Below are positions 11,617-25,491 of a DNA stretch of 64,000 nucleotides, piece after piece (positions within the stretch are counted from its first letter, which is position 1; each line of letters starts with the position of its first letter). Origin of the DNA: Nemertoderma westbladi (lineage: Eukaryota > Animalia > Xenacoelomorpha); assembly GCA_032718475.1 (NCBI GenBank), contig JAUCBJ010007711.1:1-64000 (forward strand). The letters run 5' to 3'. The translations under genes were made by a program, and so were the position numbers. Under the pieces are notes generated by a model, which searched no databases, was not told where the DNA came from, and saw only the letters and a program-made list of their open reading frames with translations.

Positions 11617-12429
11617 CTGAAAAATTGTGGCTATATGCTTAACTCTCATCAAGCCAGGGAGATGAGGGACTCCCCCGGAGCCATCACTGATCTACTACAA
11701 CTATAGCATCTATGAAGTGTTGGACAATTGTGTGTACCTTAAAATTTCACTCTATTTGTCGGTATTTCACACTATTTAGCTTAATTTGGTGCTTATTTGT
11801 GCACTTTTGTTCAACATACAGTTCAAAAACGCTTAACTTAAAATATTTACCAGAATGTCACATTTTGTGTATCCATGATAACAATATTACCTTTCCCGTA
11901 CAAGCTGTGCTAAGCGGTTGCATTCACAGTTGTACGAGTTCTATCTATGTTTCCTGGGAAACACGTTGTTTCGTTGTTATTTAATTAATTATTCCGTGAC
12001 ATGTTGGTAAATAGAGATTAGAATGCTCACCTCTCACACTTATTTCACACTAGTAACTACTGTAATAGTTATTTGGGGATTTATGGCGATATTAAATTTA
12101 ATTGTGGTTACTAATTTGTGTTTAATGATTTATGTTTAATATAAAATTTCGAAATTTTTTTTTGAAAATCGCATTTTTCTATGCCCGTAACGTTGCACAA
12201 ATCTGCTTCCACGATTGTGTATTGTCGTTAGTAATTAGTCATTCATTTTGAATTATTTAAGTTTTAAGTCAAATAATTTATTGTTGCATATGTAGCTATC
12301 ATATACAACGCACAATTAACATAAGTAGGATTTGTTGCTACAGTGCACTTGTAGTCTAATACTAATACTTATGCTATACTAAATGGCCAATAAATAATTA
12401 CACACTCAATCGTAACCTTTTATAAGACG

Positions 12430-15400
12430 TTACTCCAGTTTGTACGTCAGACTGCTTGGTCTAACCCTCTGTTGCCCGTAGTTACCGGAACGTTCCCTTG
12501 CCAATTCTAGTAAACAAAGGCGTCCGATTGGTTGATTGAAATAGTGTACTTTGGGTTTGGGTGTAGCTCTCCAAATAGCCAGTTCAACTGAGCATACCAA
12601 TTCATCGTTACCCGTATGAACTTCTGTTATACAACCCGTTTCCCAGTTCTTTCTAGGCTGGTCCTGATCCACTAAGAGTACTATATCACCAACAACTGAT
12701 GCATTTTCCTTGTTGGAAAACCATTTGGTCCTGAGCTGGACTGAAGGTAAATAGTATCTTTCGAAATGTAAAGCAAATCGCCGAGATAGTAGTTGCATCA
12801 TTTGCCAAGTACCTCTCAACAGCTCATCACCATCCTGTGGATCAGATTTAGGCAGCATAGTTACTGGTTTTCTTAGTAGGAAATGGGACGGTGTGAGGGG
12901 TTCCATGGCTTGTGGATTTGACGAAATAGGTAAGAGGGGTCTATCGTTCAAGTAGCTTGATATCTCCTCCAAAAGAGTTCTGCGTAGTTCGTCGGTTAAA
13001 TAAGCCTTACATGGGATGATGTGATGGAACGCGACCTTTGTACTTTTAATCAACCGTTCCCAACTTCCGCCCCACCAGGCCGCATCGGCGGCATTGAACA
13101 TCCATGTGGATGCCAACACTTTAAGGTGTTCTTGAGCAGGTGATCGTACCAATCGGCAATGAATTTGGTGATTTCTTTATTGGCGCCTACGAAATTCGTC
13201 CCCTGATCGGACCTCATAGTCCGGCTAGTTCCAAATCTACCGATCTGTCTCCGGAGACAAAGGATAAAACTTTTCATCGACATGTCGTTAACCATATCCA
13301 GGTGGACGGCTCGAAAAGTCCTGCAAACGAAGATGACGCACCATCGTTTCACTAAAGGGCCCGAAGAGATCCATGCCGGTGTGGGTAAATGGGGGCTAAT
13401 AACAATCAACGCTTTCTCTCAGGAGTGCCGCCTCCAGTTGCATCATCGGTTGCTATAAATCCTTTTGCAAGGTATACAGTTTCGCAGTATTTGGTTGAGA
13501 GCCATGCGGGGTGTATAAGATAATAACGCGTTCTGATCTCGCTTAATATGTGTTCTCTCCCGGCATGATAGAGTCGGTAATGAATGTCCTGTATCAACTT
13601 GGTCGAATCTCGGGGTCAAATATTAATATGAGGAACATAGTATCTCTGGAGATCAGAGCGTTAGTGAGGCGGCCTCCAACTCGAATTAACCCATTTATCA
13701 TACTACTTGAGAATTTGTCCACCAATAGAGTCAAGGGATCGACGCTGAGCTGATTGTATTTCTCAGGTTTCTCAAGTCTTTGTGAAATTCTCAATAATTG
13801 TAAGTTGGATTTATCCACTTCATTAGGTGTTAAGCTTATCACAGATACGCTATTAATACTATACCTGTAGTGGAAAAGTTGTTTTAGTATAGTTATAGCC
13901 CTACATATCTTATCCCACGAGCTATAATGGTTTATGGCTCAGGTTATCAGTGGGGATAGACCAATATCCACATTGGGTACGTCTGACTGACCAGTGGATA
14001 TTTTGGGGTTGTCTGGGACAGCTTCAGCCCTGGATTTAATATTTGGGGAAGGGTCTGAATTTTGACTGTCTATTTTGTTTATATAATTGTTGGTTGCTAT
14101 GTCGATGGGCTTGAATAGCTTAGACTTAGATGGCCTGGTTTTTGGTTTGACGATTTCCAGACCCTTAACCTGTCTCATTTCCTCAGGAGTAATATGATCA
14201 GGCCATTGGTCCTCTGGTTGGGAAAGGAAATCGGGTCCATCCAACCAACACTTAGAATTTATCAGGTCGTTAGGGGTTGCACCACGGGAAGGTGTGTCCA
14301 CGGGGTATAGAGGTCCAGGGATGTACCTCCTTTTTTCTAATTTAGTGCGGTTGAGTATTATAGATACTCGGTTTGTGATGTACGTACACACTAAATACAC
14401 GTAAACTAACGGTATTAGTTAAGTATTCCAGCACTATGGCTGCAGTGTTTTAGGGCGTTGTAGTCCTATAGTAAGCTATAATGCCAATGCCCTTGTCACT
14501 TGCGTCGCCAAATACATGTAATTGGTACGTGTGTCATGGTAGAGCATTGGGGAAGTAAGCTCTGGGCACCCAAAAGTTTTCAATATCAGTTAAGGCATTT
14601 TCCTACCTGGACCAGTTAATCAATAACTCTCATGCCAGGGGTTCATCCCAAGTAAGATTCTGGTCCCACATGGTTTTTACTATCTGCCTGGCTTCCAGAA
14701 TTACAGGACTTATAAAGCCTATAGGGTCGAACAGTGTACTTAATATGCTAAGACAAATACGCTTTGTACCTGGAGGTCTAACCTGAACCTTGAAGAACAT
14801 TTCGTCCAGTTCAGTATCCCATCTGAGGACGAGGGTTTTGTTGCTGGTAAGTCGTCTTTGCTGAGATCTAAGTCATGGCTGACCCTTTCCGTCTCGGGTA
14901 CGGTAGAAAGGAATGTTGCTGGTAAACTTGGTTAAGCGGAAGCCACCTTTCTTCAAGCAATCGACTGTTCCCTTTGAGATGGATACAGCTTCTTGTACGG
15001 TAGGGACAGAATAGAATGTAAGTTGTCATCCATATAAATATATGTGTTTATTGTCGTCTGCCGTGCGGGAAACAATATGGCAGGTGTTTGAAGGGCTGGA
15101 TATTAGCCCGAAGGCTTGTATGGTCATCCAGTACTCTTTGGGTGGCTTGCTAACATCTCCTCCAGGCCACCAGAGGAAACGCAGACTGTCCTGATCCTCC
15201 TGAGTGACTTTAACCTGCAGGAACATACCTTCGATATCTGAGGCAAAGGCGACATCGAATTGCCGTAATCGAATTAATATCCCTGGAAGTGAACGCAATA
15301 AGTTAGGGCCGGCCATTAGTTGAGAGTTAAACGATTGTCCTTTATACAAGGCTGATCCGTCGAAAACCACTCGGACTTTGTCTGGTTTATCAGGCCGTTT

Positions 15401-18400
15401 TACATAATGGTGAGTTATGTAATAAGTGCAATCGGTGTGGGGAGTATCCGGTGGCACCTCTGTAGCGTATCCTTCACTAATAGTCTTGGTCATTTGTTCG
15501 TTGTACATCCTATGTGCATTAGGATCACCAGTTAAACGTCTCTTGAGTTGACTAAGACGTTTTTTCATATCTACCTTCGTCAGGGATATAGCGAGTGGTG
15601 GTATTTTGGATTTGTATAGCTCGCTCTTCCTCAATAGATAGATCATGGGAATTTTCTTCCATCTTTTGTTGCTCTACCCAGTTGGATATTTTCTCAGTCA
15701 ATGTGGCATCAGCAATAGATTTGCGTAATTAAATATCCCTGTCTTCTTCGGTGTCTGAATAACCATCCGTTAACGGGGTCACTCCTGTTAGCAAACAACG
15801 GGTATATTCTCCGTATTCTAACATGGTGGTTGCATTGTCCGTGTTGAAACGAGAGGTTGGTAGGTCATTATCGCTGGAGTCACTCGACTTGTAGTCATAA
15901 ATTTTTGAAATTTTTGAGCCAAAATCGGATCCTCCCTCCGCTTCCATGATCCTGTTAGGTCTGTGTGAATGGATGTAATTGATGGACAGATTTTCAGAAT
16001 GAATGTTATTCATCGAAATCTTGTCGCTTACTCTTCTTTCGTTTAAGGTCTTTATGGATGAACCGGTGCAGAACCATCCTATTCTGGTTCTACCAGTGTA
16101 AGTCGTCAATGGTGGAGGAGAACTAGGGAAATTCTCTAGAATTTCCATGGCTTCCGGTCGAGTGGGTATCTCGGTATGTTATTGTGTTTGACAAAGTCAT
16201 TGCTATCCCAATCATACATAGGGGCTTGACTTTCCGTAAAGTTCTTTATAGCGACCATCTTGATATTATCCAGCTTGCATACCTCGTTGGTATCTCCTGG
16301 GTCTGACAGTGAGACCTTGAGACCTTGTAATAACGTGTTTGTATGATCGATTGCCATATTTGCATCAGAAAGGTTTAGTTTCATAGGATGTCTGTCATTC
16401 TCATCAAAAAGTTCGTCTGCAAGATCTTGGTCGATGAAAGATCCCGAACTTCCGGTATGCAGTAAGGTGTTTACTATGATGCTGCGGTTATTGTAATGCA
16501 GTCGGACTTGTAAAACGGGGAATTCTCGAACACCAAGCGATTTTGGGTTTGAAGTTCGCTGATATTTGGTCATCTGATGTCTGTTCGGGAGTAGTCGGTG
16601 ACTCATACGTGATGGCTTTGTATACCATTACGTTGTTGCAACTCTCCTCGTCAGTGGAAAATTCATCTGCATCAAATTCTTGTTCGGAACATCCCGAGGT
16701 ATTGTAGGATGAATGATCAGTGAACTAACTTTCGCTTCTATCTGTGGGACCATGTCTTTCTGATGCAATAGATAATGATGGTTACCATTACATTTAACAC
16801 ATTTATAAGTGTCCTTTAAATAGCATTTGCTTCTACTGTGCCCGGGACATAAGCACAGGAAACATACTCTTAGCGTGTTAACTGTCTCTCTTCGTTTCTC
16901 GAGTGATAATTTGATGAATTCCGGACACTGCGATAATCTATGGGACTCTTTATTACATAGCAAACAGCCAGTGCAGGATACTGATTTGATAATCGGTTTG
17001 AGAGTTTTCACTTCCAAATGTTGGGTCTGTTGAGTTTTTACAGTTCGGACGGGGGCGCAGTCGCATGAAGGTCTATCAGACTGACCCTTGCGTCTAGGGG
17101 ATGGGGATCTAGGGTCCTTTCGCTGTTGTGTCGTATGTTTGGTATTATCTGCGATGTGGTAGGAACTCTCACTTCCCTCAGATTCTTCTTCACATGTAGA
17201 TAAATCTGTTTGGTAAACTCGTTCCCGACATTTGGTTGAGGGGGTCTTGTCGATTTTCGGGTCTACGTTGAGCTCGCGACGTTGAGTAATCATGAGTAAT
17301 GAGGATTCATAGTCGAGGTATTCCAAGAAGTCCTTCATACTTAGAGCTGGTTTATTGCGGAGTTTTGCGTTCAGTACGTTACGGTCCTATCGTGTAGATA
17401 CACTGCCCTTTGGTAGGGCTGCAGAAATCATGCCAATGACAACCGGCGTGTCATAATATTCATGTTTGTCCAACCAATCTAGTTGTCTACAGATTTATTT
17501 AATCTCATCAACAAATTATATCATTTCCGTAGTTATCACACGTTTATGATTGACCAACTTTCAATACAGGTATTGGGCTATTGAAGCTTCATCTCCGTAC
17601 CTGACGTGTAACAGCTTCCATGGTTTTTCGGATAACCTTCCAAGCAGTCTATTACGAAGCGTAGTTTCTCACTATTGGGTAATGGTGAACTAAATATACT
17701 GTCTTTTACATATTCTCTAAATGGAAGCCATTTTAACTCATTGCCATCAAATTTAATAATTTCACCTACTTTAACTGCCTGACGCGCTTCAGTACGCGCT
17801 AATTGGCGGGTGAAACTATCCTGGGCTATAGTACTATTAAACATAGTATTAAATGTAGAGTTATCACAGGGGCCTACATTGGTCTGGGGGGTCTATAAGG
17901 ATTGTTGATACTTTGTGTGTCATTTTGTATCCCTGTGTTATACTTAGGGTTTCTAACATTGGGTGAGATAGGTGGGTGTGACATATTTTCTGCTTCAGTG
18001 CCATTTATATTAGTGGCTCTCTTTAAGATTTGATACTCAGGAGAGTCCAGGTTCCTGACCATTACAGCGTTGTTCGAGGCCAGGAGGTCCTGAGAATTAG
18101 CCAGCTTTTGGTATAGCTCCTCTAGAACCTTGGCGGCTTATACAGATTCACCTCGCAACTCTTGCAAACATCGATGCTGCATTATCCACGATTGCTCGTT
18201 GTTTTATTAGTTTCATTTTATTATTTACTGCCTCCTGCATAGCTTGCAGATTTAATGAGGATTCGTTTAATCCGTCCCTATAAAGGGAGTCCTCATTCGC
18301 CCGGGCGACTCTCTCTTTCGCCCCAATGGGTCCCGCATCCCTCATCAACTCGACCGAGCCGATGGACACGACCGGCATGGAGGCGGCATAATGTCCATCA

Positions 18401-20303
18401 CGGGAGTCGATGATGGGGGACAGACTAGGGCCCAGAGTGTGAGTGTTCAGTGGGTGGCGAAAGCAGTGCTGGACATTCTGTCTGCCAGCAGTGGGATTGG
18501 TCGCGCCTGTTTAGGTCGAACTGTAGGCGTAACTATTCTATCCCTATATACTGTAGAAGTTTTGAGCTGTAAACCGTCTGCCTGGTTACTTTCTACAGTA
18601 GTTGTCGAAATACCAATGGGTGTAAATTTGGTTTGGGTCGCCATAGCCGCAGATGTTACATTCTGCTTAGAGGGGTTTATTAATATACAAGGAACAATAT
18701 TTGGCGCTGCAAGAGGGTTGTTCATTGGTCTGAAAAAATCAGAGTCGGAGTCAGTTCTAAGATCGTTAGTATTTTTAACAGAATTAGCAGGGTGTTGAGG
18801 TGGCAGTTCTGGCAGGTGATGACGTTCAGCTCGTTCTAAGCGTCTTCCGCTTCTAGAAGTTCGAGATTTGTCCGATGATTTATCGAACTTGTCGGAGGAG
18901 ATATAGCAATCGAATTGTTGAGTCAAGTTTTCCTTGCGGTGTTCCTTTATTTGAGAGTCTGACTGTTGTTTTTCTATCGATTCAATCTCTTTAAGTATTT
19001 CCTCTTGTTGCTTTTATGCCTGCTTTCCCCTTTGCTGAGCTTGGAATTCGTATTGCTCCGCTTCCCGTTTGGGTTTATATTCCTCCACTTCCAACTTGAG
19101 TTTGCGTTCATATTCATCTGCTTCCCGCTTGCGTTTGTATACCTCCTGCAAGCTTTGGTCTTCTGCCTGGTACTGAAGTTGTTTCAATTTATTTTTATTT
19201 TCCTTGAGATTCTGTTCCATCGTTGTTCTTCGTTGACATTCTGTTTCTATTTCATCACGGATATCCCTTAGGATCCTATTAGGATTCGTCTTATCAGTTC
19301 TTCTTCTCCCATTCGCTTTATGTAATCTCCGAGATGTTCACAGATTGCATTTTCTTGTCCCGTTTAAGTCTCGGGTTCAGTCTGCATATATCCTTCAACG
19401 TCTCGGGTATCGATCAGGGATGGATGGTCAGAATCCAGAGTTTTAGGACGAGGGGATTCGCCATGGAAGGAGAGACAAGTACTCGCCGACTGAGCGAATT
19501 TTATTATGTTTTTATTGGCTGCAGTTTCTATCACTGCAGCTCCAGTCCGGATGGCAGACTGATAGAAGGCGGAGAGGATTATCCTGATACGGATTATTCT
19601 CTCCTTTATGTCATAAAAGAATGATGGAGGATTGTCTATATTTGGGTCCCGTAAGGCGGTTTCACAACTGGCGATTTGCTTCGCAAAGCCAGTCTGAAAT
19701 CCCCTTAGGGTCCTTCCCACTTTACTAAGGTCTGTGGGATCAGCTGGTACTTTTAATGCTGTCAATTCATCAGAGGTGGCAGAATGTAATGGAAAAAACT
19801 TATCCAATGCTGGATAATTATAATATCATAATACATCCTGTTGCATCTCTGTGACAGACATAGACAGTATTTGAGCCTTAGTCCCTTTCTCGGAGGCCCG
19901 ATAATTGTCAATGGCCCTTAGTAGGCTGATTAATATACCTGGGGAAGGGGCCATAAGTGGGTCCATTCCAATGGCAGGTTTAAACCTGTTGTGGCTGTGT
20001 CGTCTTCCGTCCAGTCTAAGTTGGAGGTTGCAGTCACTCGCGGTCGATCAGATTGTAATTCCAGGCCAGTAGTGGGTTGGTTAGTTCTCGTGACAGTGGG
20101 TGATTGATTTAGTTTTGAGGGCATAACCCGCGGGTTACCCGCTTGATTCAAACTGGAGTATTCCAGTTCGGGCAATTCTCTAGTCGGAGATCTGTCCTGT
20201 CCGGGTCGGAATGTATTGGTATCGCAGTTACGTCAAGGTTGGAGGTGTGGTCGCTGAGAGAAATGTCTGAGGCGCTCTTGTTGATATTTGAACGATAAGA
20301 CAT
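12430..20303 (-). mobile_element. Decayed BEL/Pao LTR retrotransposon gag-pol
   Basis: In order: gag (KFDGNELKWLPF, DUF1759-like), three Cys/His knuckles (CLLC..H..C, CFLC..H..C, CVKC..HH.LLH), protease (LLHTGSSGSF, D>H), RT (KVRVVFDGSA, SDIEGMFLQV), RNase H region, integrase (HAGREH, RSDQGTNF, WWGGSWERL), C-terminal RTKW (DUF5641-like). Many stops/frameshifts; LTRs not found. Confidence 0.92.
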
Positions 20304-22299
20304 TTTGTTAGATTATATTTATAAGAGAATGTATTTTTATTAACCCCTTAAATAATTATTATGCCTTCTTTATTATCGACGATTTATTGTAACAATAGTA
20401 ATATATTATAAATAATTATTACAATTGCACCCAAATAAATAACAAGGAATTAAATTGATTAATTCAGTCCACAAGTTAATTACCGGTAAATATTAAATAT
20501 ATGACCGGTAATTTATTTGTCAGGAATAATGCCATGATAAATATTCTGATTCACCGCTTGGTGGGGGAAATTATTAAGTTTAACTCACTACAAGCAATGC
20601 TACCACTGACAGTGAAATGAATTACTTCCTATTGGATTAGGGGTAAGATAGCCCAACAACAAAGAAGGTGTTATAAGCAAGGCAGTATACTACCACTATG
20701 GAGTGTATGCTGTAAGCTATCTTGACATGTAACACGTCCAATCAACAGGATGGGTTGGGGCTAGCAAGCTGAGCTAATGTTTCCTATGGTGTAATTCAAC
20801 AGCCTACTTACTAGCAGCTTACTAGTAGCTGGTGACGTGTACTGAACCAATTTGTATTGTTGCTAGGTAACAGTTTGAATCAGCTGGTGGTGGGTTATAT
20901 TTGTACTTGTTTATGTGCGTTTTTATATTTGAATTATTGTTTGTTTATATCATAATATACGGAGGCTTTTGAGTAAAAAAAAACAACAACTTACTAGCAG
21001 CAATCAACTAAGCAGGGAGTGTAAGCCCAGGCTGTAGTCAAGGTTACTTCAGAGGTAGGACAGTCATGTGACCTAATATTGCTTGCAGAAACGACAAATA
21101 ATACCACCCAAAAAATATACTGGTTATTTGGAATATTACACTGACAGAGATCCAAGTTGTAAATATTGGATCTGAGGGGGAATAAATGAGCTGAAATGTT
21201 AAATAGCTCGATGATATGTATGTATATCGGTTAAAGGTTCCCTTTATATTTATTATGGAATAATAATCTTGGAATAAAAATCCGCACAACTTGTAAAAAT
21301 AATACAAAACGTTACTTACCTAAAGTACATACATTACAAGAAGTGGTGTAAACTTAGAGTTTACTTTAATGTAATACACGTAAAAACAAAATTGGTAGAA
21401 CAATAAGACTGTGGGAATTTACCAGGGAATTGGTAAAACGTTTCGAACGTTTAGGACGTCGAAACCAGGCAAGAGACAAACGTTAATAGCGCAAATAAAA
21501 ACAATAGATACGGTTAGTAGAATGCGTCCCCGGGATTGTCGTAAAATACGCTACGCTTAGAATATTTCGCCGAGTATAGGGTATAACGAGCTGTTGATGA
21601 GCTAAGACCCCATAAAGTGGTTCCGATCAACTGATAAATTCGAACTAATGAGTCTGTACGTGTGCTAAGTCGATAAATAACAGTTCGATACTTGATTGAT
21701 GAAACGAAAGTGCCCCACGATTCATTCAAAGACTATGTTTTGAATATTTTTGATGGGCCAGTCGTACTTCTGCGGTTTAATTCCGTAAAACCAAGTAAGA
21801 AAGGTAATTCGTCGGGAATAAAGTTATATTTCCTCCCACAAGGAGATAAAAACTTTATGTATTCCAATAATGGAAATAGGAATAAGATGAGGGTAAAATG
21901 AGACCTACAAAACAATTAAGCATTAACTTAATACACTATGAAGCCAAGCAATCAGATACCGGTAATTCACAGTAGGCAGACTTGCAGTAAAAAGTTTTAT
22001 GGTAAATATGAGATTCCGTCTATTATCTGACCCGACCAATCTAGAATTATTGCTGCGGGAATTTACCTATTGTAACCGACTTACGGTAGAAAACGAACGT
22101 CCACGCCTTACAAGGTCCAACAACACACAGGGCGCTATCAGTTAATGTTCAAAACTCAAAAGTACGTGAAAGCAAAAAACAACAAATACACCAATTATAC
22201 ACGAAGTGGGGCCTTCGCGCAGCACGTGAAATGAGTTAATGCTAAGTATCAACTCGAAAGGATTATAAAAACATAGGAGAAGATTTTCCCGGAAAACGT

Positions 22300-23680
22300 T
22301 AACCCTCTAGCGGGAGACTGGGTAACTGAAGAAGGAAGGATTAGTTTCCCTACAAAGCCACAGCCTATGGTCTATTACATATCTACCAAGTTTCCGATTG
22401 ACGGATCATAAATAACGAAATGTTGGAAGGTTTTCACTTTCATACATTTAGCCCTCTAGCGGCATATTAAAGAACTACGGATCGATCACCTTCCTCACAA
22501 AGACGAGGCATGTGGTCTAGTACATACCGGTACTGTATATTCCAAAATTCAGCTTAAATAGATTAAGATCAAGGAATTCGCGAAGGTTATCACTTTCCTA
22601 CATTTCGCCCTCTAGCGGCAGACTCGAAAACTCCGGACCGATTACTGTCCACACAAAGACTTAGGATGTCTTCTAGTACATATATGACAAGTTTCAGCTT
22701 GATCAGATCATAAATAACTAAATGGGAGATTAATTTCACTTTCGGGACATTTTGCCTTCTAACGGCAGACTGGAGAACTGTAAACGGATTCGCCTCATTT
22801 GAAAGTCATAGCTAATGGTTTAGTACATATCTGCCACGTTTCATCTTAAACGGATTAAAAGCAAAAAATGGGAAGGACATTTAATGTTTAGACATGTGGC
22901 CCTCTACCGGCAGACTGGAAAACTTCGGACCGATTACAATCCACACAAAGACTCAGGATGTCATCTAGTACATATATGACAAGTTTCAGCGTAATCAGAT
23001 CATAAACAACTAAATGGAAGAATAATTTCACATTCGGGACATTTCGCCCTCTAGCGGCAGACTGGAGAACTGCAGACAGATTAGCCTCCTTTGAAATTTA
23101 CAGCTAATGGTCTAGTACATACTTCCCAAGTTTCAGCTTAAACGGATTAAAAGCAAAGAAATGGGAGGGCATTTAATGTTTAGACATGTGGCCCTCTAGC
23201 GGGAGACCATTGCACTGATGGTGTCTGAAAGTCTCTCAAAAATCTCAACTTTTGCTCATATTGATACCTACAAATTTTCAACTTGGCAGCTTTAAATCCG
23301 ACAAAGTTATTAGCATGTCAAAATCGTAACGACGACAACGATTTCACTTTCAGACCTTTGGCCCTCTAGCGGCAGACTGGAGAACTGCAGATGGATTCGC
23401 CTCCTTTGAAAGTCACAGCTAATGGTCTAATACATATCTGCCAAGTTTCAGCTTAAACGGATTAAAAGCAAAGAAATGGGAGGGCATTTAATGTTTAGAC
23501 ATGTGGCCCTCTAGCGGGAGACCATTGCACTGATGGTGTCTGAAAGTCTCTCAAAAATCTCAACTTTTGCTCATATTGATACCTACAAATTTTCAACTTG
23601 GCAGCTTTAAATCCGACAAAGTTATTAGCATGTCAAAATCGTAACGACGACGACGACGACGACGACAACGACGACAACAT
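22300..23680 (+). repeat. Tandem ~148-bp repeat array (Helentron/HINE-like non-autonomous element) carrying GCCCTCTAGCGG
   Basis: Nine units with motif at ~22302, 22451, 22607, 22754, 22899, 23046, 23191, 23361, 23506; shared CAAGTTTCAGCTT; ends in (GAC)n; single unit at ~1705-1830. Family assignment tentative. Confidence 0.7.
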
Positions 23681-24092
23681 GATGTCTCCATACATGAGCT
23701 ACAAAGTTAAACAAGTATTATCTATATACAAACCAGCTAGCCTGCCTATTTGACGTGTTAAACATAAAATTCATGTGGAATTCCATGTCTTAATTAAAGG
23801 TATTTTGGAGGTTTCAAGTATCATAATAATCCAATTGAAAAAAAAAGAAATACAATAAAATCTGAATATTTTTTGTTAAAAACATGATTTGTTTTTTTTT
23901 GCGCCCTGCTCCACTCCACTAGGTTTCATCCATTTTGCGATCACGCGCCACCCTGGCTGCTATCTCGGATTGGTGGACCGACTTTGCCCGTAGGGCTGGT
24001 AAGGAAACTAGAGTTAATAAATGATCTTGATCTCTGATATTATAACTGATTGACCCATACTGACACGTTTTCTCGAACTAAGCACCAGCGTA

Positions 24093-25491
24093 CACCATGT
24101 CCCAGAATATAGTGTCGTAATTCAATGACACCCCCCCCCCCCCCCCCCCCTAGTTTTTCTACAAATCTTAATAAGATTGCATAAAATTTGAAACAGAGAT
24201 AGTTTCACCTCCCGACCACTGACTGGGTGTAGCCAGAAATTTTATTTTTGCTTTCAATCTTTAGCTCCAAGCGTTTAAAAAAAGTGTCTCCAGCGATATT
24301 ACACCAGTTACACCGCAGTTATTCTTCTACCTTATAGCTGTTTGTTGGTACCAATGGCAATGATTCCAAATAAGTAACACAATTTGAATTTCGTTGAAAA
24401 ATAGCTGAGATATGGGCGTTCAAATGTTGCATGGTTTTGCACCTACGCGAGGCTATTTTATTCTATTTAATAAATAAACCATATTCTGGAACACTTTTTA
24501 AATGTATGAATAGCTACGTAATAGTATGATTAAAGATGTAATTAAAGATGTGATTTCACACCACTCGTTGTGACGGTGGACGGTGTAATGGCCCCCGAAT
24601 ATTCAATGGTCACAAGACGCCTCGCAGAATCGCTAGCATTAAAGTGGGAGAAGCCCTACTCGTCGATCATGGGATGGGTGCGAAACAGGCTGTCGTTTAT
24701 GGCGTCTCTAAAGGGTCAAAATATAAATGAATAAAAACCTCTATGAAACAAGAAAAATGCCTCATATTTGTTACTGCAGTAATAAATAATTGTTACTGCA
24801 GTAGAAATTATTAATTACTGCAGTAATAAATAAAAATTATTTTTACTGCAGAATGAATTATTAGTTACTGCAGTAAAAAAAAAATGTATTTATTACTGCA
24901 GTATTAAATAATTGTTTCTGCAGTAATAAATAGTAATAAATAGTAATTAGTTATTTCTTATCTACCTATTTGTAATAATTGTGTTTTGTTTGGTTTTACT
25001 ATTACAGATTCACCTTTTAATATACATAATCATACTTAAAGATGTAATGCACTGTTGCCCAGCTACGTATTTGGATAAACAAAAAATTCCAGATTATGAT
25101 GTATTTATTAAATAGAATAAATAGCCTCGCGTAGGTGCATAACCATGCAACATTTGATCGCTCATATCTCCGCTATTTTTCAACGAAATTCAAATTGTGT
25201 TACATATTTGGAATCCTTGTACGGTCAGTCTTCTATCAGTACCAACAAATTACTATAAGGTTGAAGAATAACTGCGGTGTAACTGGTGTAATATCGCTCT
25301 AGACACTTTTTTTAAACGCATGTTGCTAAAGATTGAAAGCAAAAATAAAAATTCTGACTCGCCCAGTCAGTGGTCGGGAGGTGAAACTATCTCTGTTTCC
25401 AATTTCATGCAATCCGTTTACGATTTGTAAAAACATTAGGGGGTCGGGGTGCGTGTCACTGAATTACGACACTATATTCTGGGACATGGTG
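24093..25491. mobile_element. MITE with CAC..GTG ends and long TIRs (EnSpm/CACTA-like)
   Basis: TA|CACCATGTCCCAGAATATAGTGTC...GACACTATATTCTGGGACATGGTG|TA; ~390-bp TIRs; internal TTACTGCAGTAA repeats; relatives at 43963-44711 and ~51220-51490. Confidence 0.75.

Noticed and set aside
11665-11690. TGGCTCCGGGGGAG (minus) as BEL polypurine tract
   Set aside because: Not followed by a TG-starting sequence repeated upstream of gag; no LTR supported
22300-23520. Conserved motif with variable intervening DNA as a CRISPR-like array
   Set aside because: Intervening sequences are homologous to each other, so these are diverged tandem units, not spacers
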